Shown piece after piece: positions 1-7,219 of a stretch of DNA of 52,402 bases (positions within the stretch are counted from its first letter, which is position 1; each line of letters starts with the position of its first letter). A model generated the notes under the pieces. That model had not been told where the DNA came from, ran no database searches, and saw only the letters and a list, made by a program, of their open reading frames with translations. Source of the stretch: a virus (lineage: Duplodnaviria; Caudoviricetes); IMG/VR virus record IMGVR_UViG_3300034106_003179, positions 1 through 52,402 of that record, one strand, 5' to 3'. The translations under genes were made by a program, and so were the position numbers.

Positions 1-27
1 ATTTCGCTCAGACGGGGCGTTTTGGGC

Positions 28-45
28 GACCCCCCCTAGGGGGTC
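28..45. other. C/G-run imperfect palindrome, candidate cos/packaging region
   Basis: GACCCCCCC-TA-GGGGGTC directly downstream of the HNH gene, a position typical of cos in HK97-like phages (inference). Confidence 0.3.
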
Positions 46-110
46 ATGGTCTTCTATTACGTAAGGGCATTCTCTCCGCAGCATGATCCAGAAGTTCGAC
101 GTGCCCCGGT

Positions 111-416
111 TCACCCGACGCTCACCGTCTTGCGGCTGTGGCACGAATGACAAAGGCACTGCCCGTTGTCTACCAGATACCGCAAGTCTGGCCGCTGCGC
201 GACGGGGATGATGTGGTCAGCATGGGCCTCACGCTTCCTCGCACACACGCGACCGCAGGAGCGGCATTGCCAGTTGTCCCGCAGCAACACCTCCCGCCGC
301 CACGCCGCGTGCTTGGAGTCGCAGTAGCCGCGGGCCGCGGCATTGGGTCGATACGCAGCCTTCTTGATTTTGAAGTTGGCCCGCGGCTGCCGGAACATTT
401 CGATTCGCTGTGGCAT
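111..416 (-). CDS. HNH endonuclease (terminase-associated type)
   Basis: RDNWQCRSCG...ADHIIP...NGQCLCHSCHSRKT motif. Confidence 0.9.
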   Translation of the reverse strand: MPQRIEMFRQPRANFKIKKAAYRPNAAARGYCDSKHAAWRREVLLRDNWQCRSCGRVCARKREAHADHIIPVAQRPDLRYLVDNGQCLCHSCHSRKTVSVG

Positions 417-469
417 GAATTCATGCTACCACGCGACGCAACTGCCCGCTCTCGCCGCAATAGCGCACT

Positions 470-646
470 TCAGGCGGGCGGTTCAGGAATTGGCATCCAG
501 TGGGTCGGCATCTTCTCCCAAACGTCCCAAGCGTCATACGCACCGGGCGCGTAGCGTGTCGCAATCGTGACGTTCTTGCCGTCACTCAGCAGCACGCGGT
601 CGCAATCTGGCTTCCGCTCGCTCACCGGAATCCATTGGCCTTCCAT
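470..646 (-). CDS. DUF551-like small phage protein
   Basis: WIPVSERKP...PTHWMPIPEPP; RBS GGGAG before ATG at 646. Confidence 0.75.
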   Translation of the reverse strand: MEGQWIPVSERKPDCDRVLLSDGKNVTIATRYAPGAYDAWDVWEKMPTHWMPIPEPPA

Positions 647-685
647 GTCTCTCCCTTCGCTCTGTAGCGTCATTCAGCGTCGCGT

Positions 686-707
686 TCCGCAGAAACAATG
701 GTTCTGT
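686..707 (+). mobile_element. Possible attI-like site / start of first cassette
   Basis: CCGCAGAAACAATG|GTTCTGT resembles attI1 (AAAACAAAG|TT); GTTCTGT matches the reverse complement of the next R'' (GCAGAAC) at 6/7. Confidence 0.35.
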
Positions 708-709
708 GG

Positions 710-1003
710 CTACACCACTCGCCCAAGATGCTTCACTCGGGGCCAGTAGACCCCCTTCTTGTTTCCGACCTGGACTAGATACGACCGATGATCGCGAGGC
801 ATCCCATAGCCTGCGGCTGAGTTGCACCCCAATCCTTCTGGCGGCACCGGCTTCTCGCCAGCCTCAACGACGGCAACGACCACGCCAACCTTCCGCTTGT
901 AACTGCCGCCGGACGCGCTGCCCCAATACACGCCGTCTCCGACCTTGAGCCCCTCCATCGCAGAACCACGCGATGGAATGGACTGCTCATTCTCGTCTGT
1001 CAT
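710..1003 (-). CDS. Cassette-borne hypothetical protein (inverted in cassette)
   Basis: 97-aa ORF whose start lies in attC 960-1048; N-terminal ...PSRGS is encoded by the attC left arm. Confidence 0.75.
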   Translation of the reverse strand: MTDENEQSIPSRGSAMEGLKVGDGVYWGSASGGSYKRKVGVVVAVVEAGEKPVPPEGLGCNSAAGYGMPRDHRSYLVQVGNKKGVYWPRVKHLGRVV

Positions 1004-1048
1004 GTGTCATGCTCCTGTGTTCGCAGCCATTCATCGCAAGCGTTCTCA
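960..1048 (+). mobile_element. Integron attC site #1
   Basis: R'' GCAGAAC, 5-nt spacer, L'' GATGGAAT, L' ATTCATC, R' GTTCTCA; hairpin with two extrahelical bases; 89 bp. Confidence 0.85.
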
Positions 1049-1324
1049 CTGCGCTCGTTCCAGCAAGCCGCGTAGCACCTCTGCTCGCCGTGCCTCTGAT
1101 TGCAAATCGCCGTAATCGGAAAACCAGCGGATCGCCGCCCGCTCCTCGTCGGTGAGCGTGGGGTGGCCAAGCCGCACCACAGTCCCACCGACCATCGCGG
1201 CCTCGCTCGTCGCGTCCTTTTCCAGAAACCACAGCGAGTGCTGCACGCCCTCGTCGTCAATCACGGCGTAGGCCATCACCGCAGAACCACGCGATGCAGC
1301 GGACATCTTATCTACCTCGTTCAT
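1046..1324 (-). CDS. Cassette-borne hypothetical protein, LTDEER..LRGLLER family
   Basis: 92 aa; starts in attC #2, TGA stop lies inside R' of attC #1. Confidence 0.75.
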   Translation of the reverse strand: MNEVDKMSAASRGSAVMAYAVIDDEGVQHSLWFLEKDATSEAAMVGGTVVRLGHPTLTDEERAAIRWFSDYGDLQSEARRAEVLRGLLERAQ

Positions 1325-1369
1325 GTGTCAATCTCCTGTGTTCGATGCCGCTGATCGCTGACGTTCTCA
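1281..1369 (+). mobile_element. Integron attC site #2
   Basis: GCAGAAC CACGC GATGCAGC GGAC...GCC GCTGATC GCTGAC GTTCTCA; 89 bp. Confidence 0.87.
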
Positions 1370-1693
1370 GCCTAGCCGCTCCAGCAGCCGCCGAAGGACT
1401 GCTGCCGCTTCTTCATCATTCGGGCCGCCATAGGTGATGTCTTCGCAGTTTGCGATTCCAGCCTTGATCGCCTCCCGCTCCTCATCGGTGAGCCGCAGTC
1501 TGTTGATCTCCTTGCTGGCCGCCTCCGCAGAATCGCAAGCCGCCTTCCAGTCAGCCGCCTTGTCTGCCACGCATTTCTGAAGCGCCGTTCGGTACTCGTC
1601 AATCGTCGAATTGTCGCTCACAATAAGCCTCGCGTGAGGGTGGCAGCCGTGAGAACCACGCATTGGAGCAGACCCGGCATCGTCATGTGTCAT
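1367..1693 (-). CDS. Cassette-borne hypothetical protein, LTDEER family
   Basis: MTHDDAGSAPMRGS...RLRLTDEEREAI...LRRLLERLG; RBS GAAAGGA and ATG in attC #3; stop in R' of attC #2. Confidence 0.7.
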   Translation of the reverse strand: MTHDDAGSAPMRGSHGCHPHARLIVSDNSTIDEYRTALQKCVADKAADWKAACDSAEAASKEINRLRLTDEEREAIKAGIANCEDITYGGPNDEEAAAVLRRLLERLG

Positions 1694-1734
1694 TTCAACG
1701 TCCTTTCTCGGGCTGCTCAATGCAGCCGTACGTC
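1650..1734 (+). mobile_element. Integron attC site #3 (divergent, R' mutated GTT>GTA)
   Basis: TGAGAAC CACGC ATTGGAGC AGAC...GCT GCTCAAT GCAGCC GTACGTC; different arm sequence but the same pairing. Confidence 0.7.
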
Positions 1735-1931
1735 CACTTTTGAAAAGTTTTTGCGCGACCTCGCCCGCCCGTAACTGTTCCTGCCGAGCCGTAAGCGTTT
1801 TTGTCAGTCGTTCAGACCTGTCCAGAAACGCACGGATGGCCGAAATCTGCTCCGAACTTGGCAGCGGGGCGCAAGTGGACTCGCAAAAATCCACAGCGGC
1901 CTTTATGGCAGTCCGCTCTTGCGGAGTTCTC

Positions 1932-2228
1932 TCACTCACAAATCGACGCCGGGTAGACCCACAAGGCCGCCCGATCATTGGTTGTTTCAGTTCCGCCCCA
2001 GTATTTTTCGCCAGTGTCGGCGCAGAACACGTCGATGAGCGCCGGGTCGCTGAGAAACTTTGCCAACAAGTCTGGCCCACATTGCGGCTTCGGCTTGAAG
2101 CCCACAACTCAAAACGGGTCAACAAAGAGTCCCGGCCGCAACTCCAGAAGACGCACCGCGCCCGCGCACCGCTCAACGCGGAGAGAACCACGCGATGCAG
2201 CGGACATCTCATCACCCTCGTTCGTCAT
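1932..2228 (-). pseudogene. Interrupted cassette gene
   Basis: MTNEGDEMSAASRGS start in attC #4; in-frame TGA at codon 40 (2109-2111); the frame stays open to 1932. Confidence 0.55.
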
Positions 2229-2270
2229 GGTTGCTCCTGTGTTCGATGCTGCTGATCGCAAGCGTTATGC
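2182..2270 (+). mobile_element. Integron attC site #4
   Basis: AGAGAAC CACGC GATGCAGC GGAC...GCTGATC GCAAGC GTTATGC; 89 bp. Confidence 0.87.
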
Positions 2271-2537
2271 CACAGTTGGCCCGGCTATCGTCGTTCCAGT
2301 TACGGCCGAGTCGATTACTGCCCGCATCGCCTTTGCCAGCATCCAGCAGTGCCACCCGGCCTCTTCCTTCGTCTCGCAATCCGCCACCTTGAAATGCTGC
2401 GGCCCGATGGTCAGCCACGCGGAATGAGCTTCGGGCCAATCTTCGTCGATGGCCTTCGTTACCCGTGTGTACCTCTCAGCCAAAGCCCAGTCCCGAGCAG
2501 GCGCTGCTGTCGGAAGTTCAGGCATCATCCAGTTCAT
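2265..2537 (-). CDS. Cassette-borne hypothetical protein
   Basis: 90 aa filling the cassette; TAA stop overlaps GTTA of attC #4. Confidence 0.7.
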   Translation of the reverse strand: MNWMMPELPTAAPARDWALAERYTRVTKAIDEDWPEAHSAWLTIGPQHFKVADCETKEEAGWHCWMLAKAMRAVIDSAVTGTTIAGPTVA

Positions 2538-2538
2538 G

Positions 2539-2627
2539 GCATAACCACGCGATGCAGCGGACTCGCGATTCCGCTTTGTGGTGTAGTTTCGTCAGCGGTC
2601 GCGAGCCGCTGATCGCAAGCGTTATCA
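2539..2627 (+). mobile_element. Integron attC site #5
   Basis: GCATAAC CACGC GATGCAGC GGACTCGCGA...TCGCGAGCC GCTGATC GCAAGC GTTATCA; R'' is exactly complementary to the cassette start GTTATGC; 89 bp. Confidence 0.9.
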
Positions 2628-2674
2628 CCGCCCACGCCACCGGCTCTTTGCTGTCCATACGTCCCTCTCTGATT

Positions 2675-2914
2675 TCAAGAGCGTCGTTCCGTCCGTTCCA
2701 GCAGCCCGCGAAGTGTGTTTGCTATGCTTGCACACTCCTCATCATCGTCGTTGTCGTTGTACGCTCCGACAGCTTCAGCAATCGCCCTCCGCTCCGCTTT
2801 TGTGAGTCGCAGGCGAGCGATCTCATCGGCAGCCTCGTCCAGCAACGCCAACGGCTCGCCTTCCTGCTCTGCCCGTAATGATCGCTCTCGGAGTTCGTTG
2901 ATTATGTCGCTCAT
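2675..2914 (-). CDS. Hypothetical protein, LTDEER family
   Basis: EAADEIARLRLTKAERRAI...TLRGLLER. Confidence 0.75.
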   Translation of the reverse strand: MSDIINELRERSLRAEQEGEPLALLDEAADEIARLRLTKAERRAIAEAVGAYNDNDDDEECASIANTLRGLLERTERRS

Positions 2915-2966
2915 GTCCCTCTCTGCGGCGTGTTGTGCAACTATCCGGCAATTCCGGTTGGTTCAC

Positions 2967-3185
2967 TCAGACGAGCAGACTCGTCAATTCGTACGGCACC
3001 AGCGCCCGTATCTCTTCCACGATCTTGGCCGTCTCAGGCGACGGCTCGCCGTGCTTGAGAATCGACCGGCACCGCGATTCGATCAACTCCAGCGCGATGA
3101 GCGCATCACGCCCGGCGAGTGCGTACCGATGCTCCCGCTCGTCGTCGGGGTCAGCGAGGTCGAATCGTAGCGTGGCGTGTGCCAT
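2967..3185 (-). CDS. Hypothetical phage protein
   Basis: 72-aa ORF on the main coding strand with a plausible composition. Confidence 0.65.
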   Translation of the reverse strand: MAHATLRFDLADPDDEREHRYALAGRDALIALELIESRCRSILKHGEPSPETAKIVEEIRALVPYELTSLLV

Positions 3186-3323
3186 GTTCCATATTCCCGA
3201 ATCTAGAACGCCCAGATTGTATCAGCATTCATACGGGAAACGTGTCGCTTCGGATACGTTTCGGCAACAAATGCTAGGTACTTGTTCGCAACTACCTAGC
3301 CGTCTTCTGGTGCAAGATCGCAA

Positions 3324-3611
3324 TCACTCAGTCCAACCACTCGGCGGCGTTGAGTGCGGTAGCGGAAAAGTCACAGGCTCGCCGCGCTTGGGCGACCTGT
3401 ATTTTTCACCTTGCGGCGGCATCGCGGGCAGCGGCATCCAATGCGTGACCGTCTGCGGCGAGTGCGGCAGGTCGGCGTCTCCCCACCATTCGCCGCTTCT
3501 CAACATGGCGACGGTCATGTATCCGCCGCAAGCAATGAGAACGTCTTGATTGCCTTCCGGCAGACGTTCTTTGACTGGAATCCACTCGGGGAAGGCGTTA
3601 GTCTTCGCCAT
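3324..3611 (-). CDS. DUF551-like protein (second copy)
   Basis: EWIPVKERLP...VTHWMPLPAMP; RBS GGAG. Confidence 0.75.
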   Translation of the reverse strand: MAKTNAFPEWIPVKERLPEGNQDVLIACGGYMTVAMLRSGEWWGDADLPHSPQTVTHWMPLPAMPPQGEKYRSPKRGEPVTFPLPHSTPPSGWTE

Positions 3612-3757
3612 AGCCTTGTCTCCTATCTCAACTAGGGGCGGGTTAGAACCGGCGGCGGGCTGCAATCCCGTCGCCGGTTCGCATTTATACATCGCCCAGA
3701 CGGGGAAGGCAAGTCCAGCCAAAATCCCGACTCTCTCTAAGGTGCCTAGCGCAACGG

Positions 3758-3988
3758 CTATTCTCGGCCCTCAATCCTCAAATCAGACGCCAGGGCAACG
3801 GGAATAACGTCAACGAATTTCCGGCCATCCGCGTCTTTCCTAGTCCATGTCAGGTAGCCGCCCCCGCGCCAGCCTTTGGATTCAACGTAAATGCCGCTAA
3901 CGGTTGCTCCGTTATGCCACCACTCGGCGCGAGCGCAAAAACAGCAAACCACAACAGACATCAAACACAATAGGTGGGAGTGAACCAT
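3758..3988 (-). CDS. Hypothetical protein with hydrophobic N-terminus
   Basis: 76-aa ORF, lower GC. Confidence 0.4.
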   Translation of the reverse strand: MVHSHLLCLMSVVVCCFCARAEWWHNGATVSGIYVESKGWRGGGYLTWTRKDADGRKFVDVIPVALASDLRIEGRE

Positions 3989-4033
3989 TTCGTTGTCCTG
4001 CGAATAGTGCGCTAGGTTGTGGGCCTAGCGCAC

Positions 4034-4435
4034 CTAGAGGCTTGCCGCCTCGCGGAACGCGGCATCGACCGCCGCTTCGTCCAGCCCCAACGCCGCAGCC
4101 AGCGGAATTAGCATCGCGTGCGACCGTTCGATATACGGAGCGTACTCCCATTCCACCCGCACCACCTCGCGTTGCGTGGCGTCTGGGATCGCGTCAATGG
4201 CTGACTCCACCGCCGCCATGCTCACGCCATGCGAAACGAGCCATAGGCGAATCTGGCGGGCCGTGATTTGCTCCGGCACCGGCGAGGTGTCGGGGGCCAT
4301 CTGCCAGCCCTCCGGCAGCTGATCGTCGGGGATGGCCGTGCAGCCATCCGGCGGCGACCAGCCTTCGGGAACGTCAACGCGAACGAACGTCACGACACGA
4401 CCGGCAGCGTTGAGGATTGCGAGAGAGTTTGCCAT
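4034..4435 (-). CDS. Tail fibre-associated/assembly protein
   Basis: Follows fibre gene; ITARQIRLWL...EWEYA...GLDEAAVDAAF type C-terminus. Confidence 0.6.
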   Translation of the reverse strand: MANSLAILNAAGRVVTFVRVDVPEGWSPPDGCTAIPDDQLPEGWQMAPDTSPVPEQITARQIRLWLVSHGVSMAAVESAIDAIPDATQREVVRVEWEYAPYIERSHAMLIPLAAALGLDEAAVDAAFREAASL

Positions 4436-5781
4436 TAGATCACCACAATGCGAATGAAGCCCGGCGAGCCGTTGCCGCCAGCGCCGGAGCTGAACCCGTT
4501 GGCACTTGCACCACCACCACCGCCAGCCGCGCCATATCCAACGCCGTTACCGCCAGCGCCAGCCTCACCAGAAGCGTTGCCATTTCCACCGGCACCAGAA
4601 ATGCCAACCAGTTGACCGACAGAGCCCATCGCACCGCTGTTACTCCAACCGCTCGCGCCAGCCGCACCGGCCGTGGATGCTGCAAGGGGCTGCGCCGTGT
4701 TGCCGTATTCGGTGCGATTTGACCAGCCGCCACTGCCGCCAACACCAAACGCATCAGATGCGTTGACACCACCGCCGCCGCCGCCGCCACTTGCCACCCA
4801 GCCAGAATTGCCACCACCAACGCCCGCAGGGGGCGAAGCAGTTGCGCCACCGTTTCCGCCTTGGCCGCCCCACCCGTAATCCGACTGCGGTTGCGTGCCA
4901 ATGGGGCTGATCGCTCCACCGCCTGCGCTGGCCGTTCCAGCGCCACCTGCGCCGCCGCCTGCTGCGTTCCAGTAGAAAAATTGCGACGAAGTGTGAGCGA
5001 AACTACTGCCGCCAGCCGTACCGGCTGCACCGTCTTGGTTGTCGGTCGTTCTTGCAGCGCCGCCACCTCCGCCAGCACCCGCGCTAATTGTCAGCGTGCT
5101 TGATTCCAGTTGGGAAACCGCAACCCAGCCAGTTCGGATGCGCCCGGCAGCAGCACCACCTCCGCCACCACCGCGAGCCGTGCCAGCCGCGCCGCGACGG
5201 CCACTGCCACCGCCACCACCACCGCCGATAATCTCCAGCAGCACAAACCGTGCGCCGGTCGGTATCGCCCATGTGTACGATCCGTTGCTGCCTGTCGCTG
5301 TAGCAGGGGCAGATGTGCGGGTGAACTCAAAAAAGGCTGGCAGAGTAACCGCGCCGGTAGACCCGTTCACGCTCGCCGCGACGGGGGCAAATGTGGAGTC
5401 GCCACGCAGGAAGGTTGTGCTGTTCGCCGTGCCGCTGCCAAGCCTCGCCGCAGCGACGGTGCCGCTGCTGATGTTTCCGGCGTTGGTCGTGTCGGTCGTG
5501 GCCGACGCTGCGAGGCCGCTCACGTGCGAGCTGCTGATCGTCGCGGCCGTCGTGAGGACGCCGCCAGTCGTGGTCACGACGATCTGCCCGCTTGTCGCGC
5601 CGATGGCCCCGGCGTTGGTGAGGTTGCCGTGAGTGTGCGATGCCGCAGCCGCGCCAATGCCTGCGGGCGTGATCGACCCGTCCGCCACCAACTCCCACGC
5701 GGAACCCGTCCACGAATAGACGCGCCCGTTCTGCGTGCTTTGGTCGCCTACGGTCGGCGAGGATGGGAATGAAAATGGCAT
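4435..5781 (-). CDS. Glycine-rich tail fibre protein
   Basis: N-terminal FPSSPTVG...YSWTGSAW, HTH-GN repeat, C-terminal Gly-rich domain (GGGGGGGSGRRG). Confidence 0.75.
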   Translation of the reverse strand: MPFSFPSSPTVGDQSTQNGRVYSWTGSAWELVADGSITPAGIGAAAASHTHGNLTNAGAIGATSGQIVVTTTGGVLTTAATISSSHVSGLAASATTDTTNAGNISSGTVAAARLGSGTANSTTFLRGDSTFAPVAASVNGSTGAVTLPAFFEFTRTSAPATATGSNGSYTWAIPTGARFVLLEIIGGGGGGGSGRRGAAGTARGGGGGGAAAGRIRTGWVAVSQLESSTLTISAGAGGGGGAARTTDNQDGAAGTAGGSSFAHTSSQFFYWNAAGGGAGGAGTASAGGGAISPIGTQPQSDYGWGGQGGNGGATASPPAGVGGGNSGWVASGGGGGGGVNASDAFGVGGSGGWSNRTEYGNTAQPLAASTAGAAGASGWSNSGAMGSVGQLVGISGAGGNGNASGEAGAGGNGVGYGAAGGGGGASANGFSSGAGGNGSPGFIRIVVI

Positions 5782-5789
5782 GTGTGTTT

Positions 5790-6011
5790 CTATCCTAGCG
5801 TCTCAACCGCCGGAACCTCATCTGTTGGCTGGAGCGTTTCTAGCCATTCAGCGTAGCCCTGCCAGTAGCCGCCTTGGCCGCAATCCGCAAGCAGGTCAGC
5901 ACCGACGAGCCAGCCGCCGCGATCACCGCGCACCGGCTGAATCTGCCGGTCAGCGTACCGGGCGTTGAGGGTCGCCAATGCGCCTAGGTTGTCAGCGTTT
6001 AGCCACGACAT
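5790..6011 (-). CDS. Hypothetical protein in fibre module
   Basis: 73 aa, translationally coupled to upstream gene. Confidence 0.65.
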   Translation of the reverse strand: MSWLNADNLGALATLNARYADRQIQPVRGDRGGWLVGADLLADCGQGGYWQGYAEWLETLQPTDEVPAVETLG

Positions 6012-6829
6012 TAGATCGCCGCTCCGAGGCTGTTGATTAGGGCGGTGACGCGGGCGCCGAGCAGGGCGAGGTTTAGGGACTCGCCGATGCTGTAGTAGGC
6101 GATGCGATGATTTGAAAAATCTGCTCCCGGTCGCCGAAAGACATTGAGATTCTCATTTGATGGCGTTTCACTCGGCCCTGAAGAGGATGTGGTGGAGACT
6201 GAATTTGTCCGGACAGTAACGCTGCTGCTGTCTGCTCGCGCAGCACCAACGAATGATGGGGCAACTGGCGCTGACGCAGTAAAAAATGAATTTCTGTTGA
6301 TTGTCATTTGTCCACTCGTCAAAACCATCGACCGCCCAGTTGCATTACCTACTGCTAGGAGCGAGTTTCCAAAGCCAGCTCCGATAGTCGATACAAACGC
6401 ACTCAAATGCTTACTATTTTGCGGATCAGCATTATTGTTTCGATTGGTGCTTAAATACTTCGTAGTCCCATTTCCTGCTAGCCCCGTCCTCCGGTTGTAG
6501 TCGCCCGAGACAAAGTTGAAATTCGTCGGTGCAGGCCCAACAAGTGGCACCAGCGCGCCCTCCAACGTACGAGCGCCCGCCAAGACGCACGACGCTTTAA
6601 TGGCATTCCAGATGCCGTCGTTTTTGCACCCGATGACAAACAGGTTGATCGCCGCCGCGACTCCAGCCTCTAGTGATTGACCGTCAGCGATTTCGACAGC
6701 CGCAAGGTACGCTGCGGCAGACGGGTCTAGCGCCGTGCCACGCGGCAGCGTGACCGGCGCTGGCCTGCCGAGCAGCGGCCTCGGCAGCGGCGGCGGAGTG
6801 TAGCCGCTGTTCAGTATGCCGTCGTTCAC
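6011..6829 (-). CDS. Putative virion/receptor-binding protein
   Basis: GTG start overlapping upstream TGA; beta-rich, AT-richer C-terminal half. Confidence 0.6.
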   Translation of the reverse strand: MNDGILNSGYTPPPLPRPLLGRPAPVTLPRGTALDPSAAAYLAAVEIADGQSLEAGVAAAINLFVIGCKNDGIWNAIKASCVLAGARTLEGALVPLVGPAPTNFNFVSGDYNRRTGLAGNGTTKYLSTNRNNNADPQNSKHLSAFVSTIGAGFGNSLLAVGNATGRSMVLTSGQMTINRNSFFTASAPVAPSFVGAARADSSSVTVRTNSVSTTSSSGPSETPSNENLNVFRRPGADFSNHRIAYYSIGESLNLALLGARVTALINSLGAAI

Positions 6830-7215
6830 AGGTCGGCTCCGAATGCGATAACGTCCATGCTCTCGGCGTTGTGCGTCGATACAACGATCGACCACGAAGC
6901 AGACGGCAGGATGAGATTGTTGTAGGCCGTGCTGACGCGAGTTGCCTTCACGCTCGCGGAAACGGTTGCGGCGGCAATGCTGATTTCATCGACGAACCGA
7001 TAGGTCGTTCCGTCGAACAAAAACACGCGCACCATGCCTAGGGTCGTTGTCACGCGGGCCTGCACGACGATCTCTGCGATCCGCGTTCCGGTCGCGGCTC
7101 CAGTGATGAGCGTGGCAACGGTTCCGGTGCCGTCGCGGTTAGTGTTCGCGGTGGCGACGTTGACGGCCCCGATTCGTGGCGTGACGGCAAACTGTGGTTC
7201 AAGGGCCATGGGCAA
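6826..7215 (-). CDS. Small beta-rich virion protein
   Basis: Thr/Ala/Val-rich 129 aa within fibre module. Confidence 0.65.
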   Translation of the reverse strand: MPMALEPQFAVTPRIGAVNVATANTNRDGTGTVATLITGAATGTRIAEIVVQARVTTTLGMVRVFLFDGTTYRFVDEISIAAATVSASVKATRVSTAYNNLILPSASWSIVVSTHNAESMDVIAFGADL

Positions 7216-7219
7216 ACTC

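Noticed and set aside
2109-2111. Stop-codon reassignment or selenocysteine at the in-frame TGA
   Set aside because: TGA terminates many clear genes (frequent ATGA overlaps); a single nonsense mutation is simpler.
1367-2215. 282-aa ORF as one real gene
   Set aside because: Its N-terminus is out of frame with the RBS/ATG at 2228 and it crosses an attC; the likely real start is 1693 (or 1939).
960-2627. CRISPR array interpretation of the recurring GAACCACGCGATGCAGCGGAC motif
   Set aside because: Units are 85-89-bp hairpins separated by 230-450 bp of coding sequence, and no cas genes are present; this fits attC, not CRISPR.
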